DNA of 30,078 bases from Chlamydiota bacterium (GTDB lineage: Bacteria > Chlamydiota > Chlamydiia > Chlamydiales > SM23-39), in the NCBI GenBank assembly GCA_038534095.1, contig JBCAXK010000017.1:1-30078 (forward strand), read 5' to 3'. The first letter of the stretch is position 1. Each line of letters begins with the position of its first letter. The translations under genes were made by a program, and so were the position numbers. Below are positions 25,252 to 30,078 of this stretch, piece by piece. Under the pieces are notes generated by a model. That model was not told the origin of the DNA, did not search any database, and saw only the letters and a program-made list of their open reading frames with translations.

Positions 25252-26154
25252 TCCCCCCTTGTTTGTCCTTATTCATTACATGCAACAAATGGTTTTTTTT
25301 GTCATGACTTTGTCAGAAGTAGGATTCAGAGACTCTTAAGCTTTTGCTTACTGATGATTTTTTCGATCTTTTTGCCCAGTTGTTCTGGTTTAGAGAGGTC
25401 TGAATATGAAAAGGTACGCAAAAACAATCTGGTCGAAGATCCCATTTCTAGAAATCAGCAAGATCGGGAGCATGTACACATGCCCCCATCCCTGCAGGCC
25501 TCTCCAGTCTATCCTTGGGATCATCCCTCATGTCCTCACCCAAAAATTCGGCAAGAGTATTTTTATTGCAAAGGGCACGCAAACCATCTTCCTTACAGCC
25601 TTGGAGGGGTGACCTACCAAGATTGCGAAGGAAAACAGGAGCACACTCTTCCCCTAAAAGAAGGGAAGGAGCACGTTTATCCGATTTTAATCGATCTTTT
25701 GAACTACGTCCAACAAGAGACGGGGAAAAAAGTGCAGATCACTTCGGGTCACAGGTGCCCCAAGCATAACGCTTACGCAGATCCATCAGCCTTCAACCGG
25801 GCATCGAAGCATCAAATTGGGGCAGAAGTCGATTTTTATGTTGAAGGGATGGAGCACACTCCTTTGGCGATTGTTGATCTTTTGATGCGTTACTACAAAG
25901 AAGCGTCCCAAACTAAAGGACATTCCTCCTACACCTCTTTTAAGCGCTACTTAGGTTCGGGGACCAATGTAAAAACTCCTCCTTGGTACAACAAAGAAGT
26001 GTTCATCAAGCTCTACCAAAAAGATGAGGGAAGAGATCGGGATAATCAGCACACCTTTCCCTACTTGGCGATCCAAGTCCGCTTTGACAGAAACACTGAA
26101 GAAAAAGTGACCTACTCGTGGGAAAAAGCGCATAAAAAGATCAGGTTTCGTTAG
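25207..26154 (+). CDS. Lipoprotein with peptidase M15A-like (Zn D-Ala-D-Ala carboxypeptidase) domain; start uncertain
   Basis: Lipobox FLPS|C; ITSGHRCPKHN and SKHQIGAEVDF match the M15A SGxRCxxxN and SxHxxGxAxD motifs. Confidence 0.8.
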   Translation: MCDGTMRRNFQIGHHSPLVCPYSLHATNGFFCHDFVRSRIQRLLSFCLLMIFSIFLPSCSGLERSEYEKVRKNNLVEDPISRNQQDREHVHMPPSLQASPVYPWDHPSCPHPKIRQEYFYCKGHANHLPYSLGGVTYQDCEGKQEHTLPLKEGKEHVYPILIDLLNYVQQETGKKVQITSGHRCPKHNAYADPSAFNRASKHQIGAEVDFYVEGMEHTPLAIVDLLMRYYKEASQTKGHSSYTSFKRYLGSGTNVKTPPWYNKEVFIKLYQKDEGRDRDNQHTFPYLAIQVRFDRNTEEKVTYSWEKAHKKIRFR

Positions 26155-26188
26155 CACAACTTGCTGCGATGCACAAATAGGATCTCCC

Positions 26189-26216
26189 AAATCCCCTATA
26201 GACAAGGGGATTTTTT
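26189..26216 (+). terminator. Intrinsic terminator after the M15 peptidase-like gene
   Basis: AAATCCCCT-atagaca-AGGGGATTT with a T6 run. Confidence 0.6.
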
Positions 26217-26227
26217 CGTGATAGAAT
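26199..26227 (+). promoter_or_regulatory. Putative sigma70/sigma66 promoter of tRNA-Leu
   Basis: TAGACA-N17-TAGAAT ending 24 bp before the tRNA. Confidence 0.6.
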
Positions 26228-26251
26228 GAATCTCTATTTTATAGAATAAAT

Positions 26252-26334
26252 GCCGATGTGGCGGAATGGTAGACGCGGCAGATTCAAAATCTGCTCTTCC
26301 TCGGAGGGTGCTGGTTCGAGTCCGGTCATCGGTA
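26252..26334 (+). tRNA. tRNA-Leu(CAA)
   Basis: Acceptor GCCGATG/CATCGGT plus discriminator A; D arm GCGGAATGGTAGACGC; anticodon arm GCAGA-TTCAAAA-TCTGC; long variable arm; T arm GCTGG-TTCGAGT-CCGGT; CCA not encoded. Confidence 0.97.
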
Positions 26335-26465
26335 TTGCTTTTTTCAAAAGGTCCTCCTATCATAGGACCAACCTCACCCAACTCTCGTCATCCCAATATT
26401 TTAGCAAGCTGTGAAAAACCCCCTCTGTTTCCCTGTATTTCCCTGTCGACTGTGTGAAGGGGCTT

Positions 26466-26505
26466 GTATGAATCAAAAGGTATGAATCAAAAGGTATGAA
26501 TCAAA
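26466..26505. repeat. 14-bp tandem repeat, about 2.9 copies
   Basis: GTATGAATCAAAAG at 26466 and 26480, GTATGAATCAAA at 26494. Confidence 0.9.
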
Positions 26506-26602
26506 TGGAAAGAGCTCAAGGGGGTGTGACAAAAGCCGTTCTTAGGTAGCTGCGATTGTTGGTCAAGAAAACAGGCCGATAACATTTTTTTTTCCTCTCT
26601 AT

Positions 26603-26631
26603 TTGCCAAAAAAATATTTTTCCCTCAAAAT
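26603..26631 (+). promoter_or_regulatory. Putative sigma70/sigma66 promoter
   Basis: TTGCCA-N17-CAAAAT upstream of the 26710 CDS. Confidence 0.35.
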
Positions 26632-26709
26632 AACAGCAAGGGGCGATTGGATTAAGGGTTCTAAAACTCAGCCGATCAAAACATGAAACACCAAAAGGGG
26701 GGAGAAGTC

Positions 26710-27651
26710 ATGGATGAGCATCAAGAGACTCCAAAAGAAGCATCAGAAGAGCAAGAAGCATTACAAAAGATGAGCACTTTAGAAGAGCAAGAGCCGTTAG
26801 AGGCGCTCCTGCAAAGTGAGGAGAAAAGTTACGCTGCAGGAGAGGTTCCGCAAGTGTTTTCTTTAGATCCCGACCAATTTTTACCGCTCAATTCAGAAAA
26901 ATTAGGGGAAAAAGCGGCTCTGAACCGTTCGATTGAAGAGCTAGAGCAAATTACAAGAGATGAAATTTCTAGTATTCATAAGTTTCAAAGAGCGATCGAT
27001 GAGTGGGAAAAAACCATTGAAAAAAACAAGCTCTTCATCAATCGCAATAAGGAAACGATACGGAAAAACAACGCTGATATGTCTTATGACGAGAAAAACC
27101 GGGACTATTGGTGGAGAATTGCTGAAAATGTCATCAACGATTTTAGTATTTCTACGGCGACGAACCATCCAGACACGTGGGCTTGGCTCATCAAAAAGCA
27201 TGGTTTAAAAGTGGCGGGTGGAGACCCTATTGATGAAAGAAGCGACTGCGTAGAAGAGTTTTGCAATGGCAGCGCCAATAGCTTAGCTTCAAAATACAAG
27301 ACAGCGGGTGATAAATACGATCAATCAAAAAAAGCCCGGCAAAAAGAGACGTTTCGGATCATCGCAGAAAACGCTCAGTACAAAAAAATCTTGGAAACCC
27401 TCCAACAGTATGTGCAGTCGACCTACCAAAATAAGGTGGAGCCCTTGCAAGATGGAGTCATGATGCTCAAAGAGCTCACGGCAAAATTTCGGGGATTTCT
27501 TTCCCAACCAAACGCTACTTACGGAGATCTAAGAGAATGGGCGGAAACATTTTTAAATGAATATATTCTGGAAAATCCAGCAACGCCTCAGCACGTCATC
27601 ACCGATTTTAGAAAATGGGCTTCTATTCCCCTCCCTTCTGAAAATCAGTAG
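26710..27651 (+). CDS. Hypothetical acidic coiled-coil protein
   Basis: 313 aa from the ATG after a GGGGGAG RBS (frame open from 26683); Glu-rich N-terminus, two long heptad-like helices; strong terminator follows. Confidence 0.85.
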   Translation: MDEHQETPKEASEEQEALQKMSTLEEQEPLEALLQSEEKSYAAGEVPQVFSLDPDQFLPLNSEKLGEKAALNRSIEELEQITRDEISSIHKFQRAIDEWEKTIEKNKLFINRNKETIRKNNADMSYDEKNRDYWWRIAENVINDFSISTATNHPDTWAWLIKKHGLKVAGGDPIDERSDCVEEFCNGSANSLASKYKTAGDKYDQSKKARQKETFRIIAENAQYKKILETLQQYVQSTYQNKVEPLQDGVMMLKELTAKFRGFLSQPNATYGDLREWAETFLNEYILENPATPQHVITDFRKWASIPLPSENQ

Positions 27652-27664
27652 ATCGTTTCTTTGG

Positions 27665-27700
27665 AAAGGGACGAGCGGCGGCTCGTCTCTTTTCTTTTTT
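27665..27700 (+). terminator. Rho-independent terminator
   Basis: AGGGACGAGC-GGCG-GCTCGTCTCT stem (one G-U) followed by TTTCTTTTTT. Confidence 0.85.
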
Positions 27701-27753
27701 CTCGATTTTCTTCCCTGATTTGGTAAAATATAAGGAATCATTGGAAGTTTTTT

Positions 27754-28758
27754 TTGCGTATTTTTTATCTTTTACTATGCATGATTTCTTCTCTTTCTGC
27801 TTATGATGTGATCATTATTGGCGGGGGACCAGCCGGGCTTTCGTGCGCAATCTATTTAGGCAGGGCAGGCATCAAAACGTGCGTTTTAGAAGGAGCCTAT
27901 CCTGGAGGGATGATTGCAAAGTCCCATTTTGTGGAAAACTGGCCAGGAGAAGAAGGGATTTCTGGTATCGCTCTAGCAGAAAATATCCGTAAGCAAGCAC
28001 AAAAAAATGGAGCGGTGTTGCTTGTAGCAGAGGCTCTTTCTGTCGATTTTACGAGGCGTCCTTACGCCGTTGTTGCTCAAGAACTCTATACAAAGAAAAC
28101 AAGGACCTTCAAAGCGCCCTACATGGTCATTGCGATGGGCTCTTCACCCAATTTCCTCAATATCCCAGGAGAAAACACCTATTTTGGGAAGGGAGTATCC
28201 ACCTGCGCCGTTTGTGATGGAGCGTTCTATGCAGGGAAAAAAGTCGCCATTGTGGGAGGGGGAGACAGCGCTATTTTAGATGCAGACTATTTGTCAAACA
28301 TAGCAGAAGAGGTGCACATTTTTGTAAGAAAACCGTTCCTGAAAGCGACAGAAATCCGGCGCAAAAATGGGGTTCTTGCGAAAAAAAATGTTTTTTTGCA
28401 TCGAAAGGCTGTTTTGGAGAAAATTTTGGGCGACGATCATGGAGTGACCTCAATTCAGGTGATGGAAAACGGGCAGCCCCAGAGGTACTCTGTACATGGG
28501 GTGTTTTTAGCCATTGGATCTAAGCCAAATACAGAGCTATTTAGAAAAAAGGTAAGCCTGACTCCTTCTCAACACATTGCGATCGACGCTAGCCAAGAAA
28601 CCTCTAAAAAGGGGGTCTATGCTATTGGCGATATTGTCGATCCTATCTATCAGCAAGCAATTTGCGCTGCAGGAGATGGAGCAAAAGCGGCCATCAATAT
28701 TCAGCGAAGTTTGGGGAACGACCTTGTTGCTGCCGAAAACGTGGAAGCTTCTCACTAG
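27754..28758 (+). CDS. trxB: Thioredoxin-disulfide reductase (TrxB family), possibly with an N-terminal signal peptide
   Basis: YDVIIIGGGPAG (FAD), VENWPG, GVSTCAVCDG (CxxC), VGGGDSA, GVFLAIG, GVYAIGD; TTG 27754 or ATG 27781 start. Confidence 0.88.
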   Translation: MRIFYLLLCMISSLSAYDVIIIGGGPAGLSCAIYLGRAGIKTCVLEGAYPGGMIAKSHFVENWPGEEGISGIALAENIRKQAQKNGAVLLVAEALSVDFTRRPYAVVAQELYTKKTRTFKAPYMVIAMGSSPNFLNIPGENTYFGKGVSTCAVCDGAFYAGKKVAIVGGGDSAILDADYLSNIAEEVHIFVRKPFLKATEIRRKNGVLAKKNVFLHRKAVLEKILGDDHGVTSIQVMENGQPQRYSVHGVFLAIGSKPNTELFRKKVSLTPSQHIAIDASQETSKKGVYAIGDIVDPIYQQAICAAGDGAKAAINIQRSLGNDLVAAENVEASH

Positions 28759-29040
28759 CTAAGAAGCGTACTTACTGGTCTTACAAGAACTTTGGTGGCA
28801 GATCCATGTCTCCTTCTGCTACGTAGAGAGATCGCTGAGATACGTGACTGTGGGAAAAAAGAGCGTTTTGGGGCAATCCTACAAAAGCGGCCTTGTAGAA
28901 AAAATTGGTCAGGAAGATACGGTTAGGATAAGATACCTTCCTCTGCGCGTAAAAGCTTCTTGGATCAATCGTTGAGCAGCTTTCTCCCTTTTTGTCTTTC
29001 ATCGTCGATAAAAAATCTATCTGCCAGCGGGTATGTTTTT

Positions 29041-29066
29041 AACAAAACCTCCTAAAAAAGAGGAGG
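29041..29066 (-). terminator. Minus-strand terminator-like hairpin just outside the IS end
   Basis: Minus strand reads CCTCCT-CTTTTTT-AGGAGG-TTTTGTT. Confidence 0.45.
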
Positions 29067-29070
29067 AAAA

Positions 29071-29939
29071 TCAGGGCGTTCTGACAAGAAAGATTTGATA
29101 CGTTGCGCTGCAAACATTTTGCCTAAAATACCCCTCAAGTAGTTTGGATCATAGTAGACTTCCCACGTATAAACCCTTCCATGACTTTTTTCTGGCGTGG
29201 GAAGATAACTCGTAACATGGGTATCTTCGTAATCAACATTCCGCGCTTGTTCGAAGAAATTTTTCACTGCTGCATGAAAATTACCCTGATTTCCCTTAAG
29301 ACCGATCAGATAGTCGGCGTGCCGATCAATGATTTTCTGTGCATGGCTGAGCGCAAGAAAAAAGAGCATCCGTGGAAATAAGCGCTCCGCTCACATCAAT
29401 TTCGTTGAGGAGAGCTTTTCAAGAACCTGAGGCTTAGAGGATTTATCAGGGACTTTTTCTTGGGAAAGCACTAATTGTTGCTGAGTAGCAAACAGCTCAA
29501 CCAAATGTACTAGATTTCCATTCTTAGAGACTCCCTTTGCTCGTTTTCCATCCAAGGCAAGGAGTTGATCTCGAAATTGCTGTGGAATCTTTGCAAACCA
29601 TTTTTGGGTGAACTTCTTGAAAGTATGTGGCGGTAATCGCACAAGAATCCACCACAACGTGTCGTATGATGGAGCTGTAAATGTCTCTTTTACAAGAACA
29701 TTCAGCTAGCAAATACCTACTTTCGCATAGTTAGCTAAATCTGCGATCGTATTGGCTCCGCTAAGGTAGCCACACAGAACGAGTAACATCAAAAACCAAA
29801 ATGGATAGTGTGTTTTTCTGCTCTGCCTAGGGTCATCGATGTCTTGGAAAACACCTTTCACGGTAAATGCAAAATGCTCTAGGTCGATATCTTCCTCTAA
29901 CTGTAAAAAATTAGAATGTTTCGTTAGTCTTTTGGGCAT
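29071..29939 (-). pseudogene. ISAs1 (H-repeat) DDE transposase, multiply frameshifted and internally deleted
   Basis: Fragments DIDDPRQSRKTHYP..LCGYLSGA; PSYDTLWWIL; LALDGK; HLVELFA; EKVPDKS; ADYLIGLKGNQ; EKSHGR; YDPNYLRGIL spread over several frames. Confidence 0.9.
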
Positions 29940-30018
29940 ATGCACTGCTCCTTTTCGGAAAAGAAATACACCAATATTCATTTGCTTGCTATCAAATCTT
30001 TCTCATCAGAATGCCCTG
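29072..30018 (-). mobile_element. ISAs1-family insertion sequence, defective, with both terminal inverted repeats
   Basis: TIRs CAGGGCGTTCTGACAAGAAAGATTTGATA (29072-29100) and, on the minus strand, CAGGGCATTCTGATGAGAAAGATTTGATA (30018-29990), 26/29 identical; 947 bp; no flanking direct repeat. Confidence 0.92.
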
Positions 30019-30078
30019 GAGATGTGGGAGACTTCTCAAATACCAGAAAATACAGCAGCGATAGAATTTTGGGATAGG

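Noticed and set aside
26196..26457. Two short ORFs over the tRNA
   Set aside because: They are shadows of tRNA-Leu
26466..26505. Repeat as a CRISPR array
   Set aside because: Units are 14 bp and directly adjacent with no spacers; no cas genes
1013..28762. Many 60-140 aa ORFs antisense or out of frame within identified genes
   Set aside because: Fully nested in well-supported CDSs and lacking independent motifs
28781..29002. 73-aa minus-strand ORF between trxB and the IS
   Set aside because: No RBS at a suitable distance and no recognisable similarity

Overview
Bacterial chromosomal window, by gene content most likely an environmental member of the phylum Chlamydiota (inference: pheT without pheS followed by a MORN/YwqK-type lipoprotein; trhO-rpsD-murJ-nfo cluster; AtoS/AtoC-like CtcB/CtcC sigma54 two-component pair; asnS present, which Chlamydiaceae lack). 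Housekeeping blocks (pheT; SNF2 helicase, DUF116-like, trhO, rpsD, murJ, nfo, asnS; atoS/atoC, M15 peptidase-like lipoprotein, tRNA-Leu(CAA)) alternate with accessory segments. These hold a 1070-aa helical protein with an internal ~384-aa duplication, a frameshifted DUF4258/HTH toxin-antitoxin pair, an LRR protein with an Arg/Ser-rich tail, two Inc-like membrane proteins, an orphan coiled-coil protein, a thioredoxin reductase with a possible signal peptide, and an internally deleted ISAs1 element with intact 29-bp terminal inverted repeats. I found no CRISPR array, rRNA or prophage, and no clearly new multi-gene system. The best leads are the possibly exported TrxB, the effector-like proteins, a sigma54-type promoter ahead of a small ORF, and a palindrome-dense murJ/nfo intergenic region. 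All family assignments come from motif recognition, not database searches.
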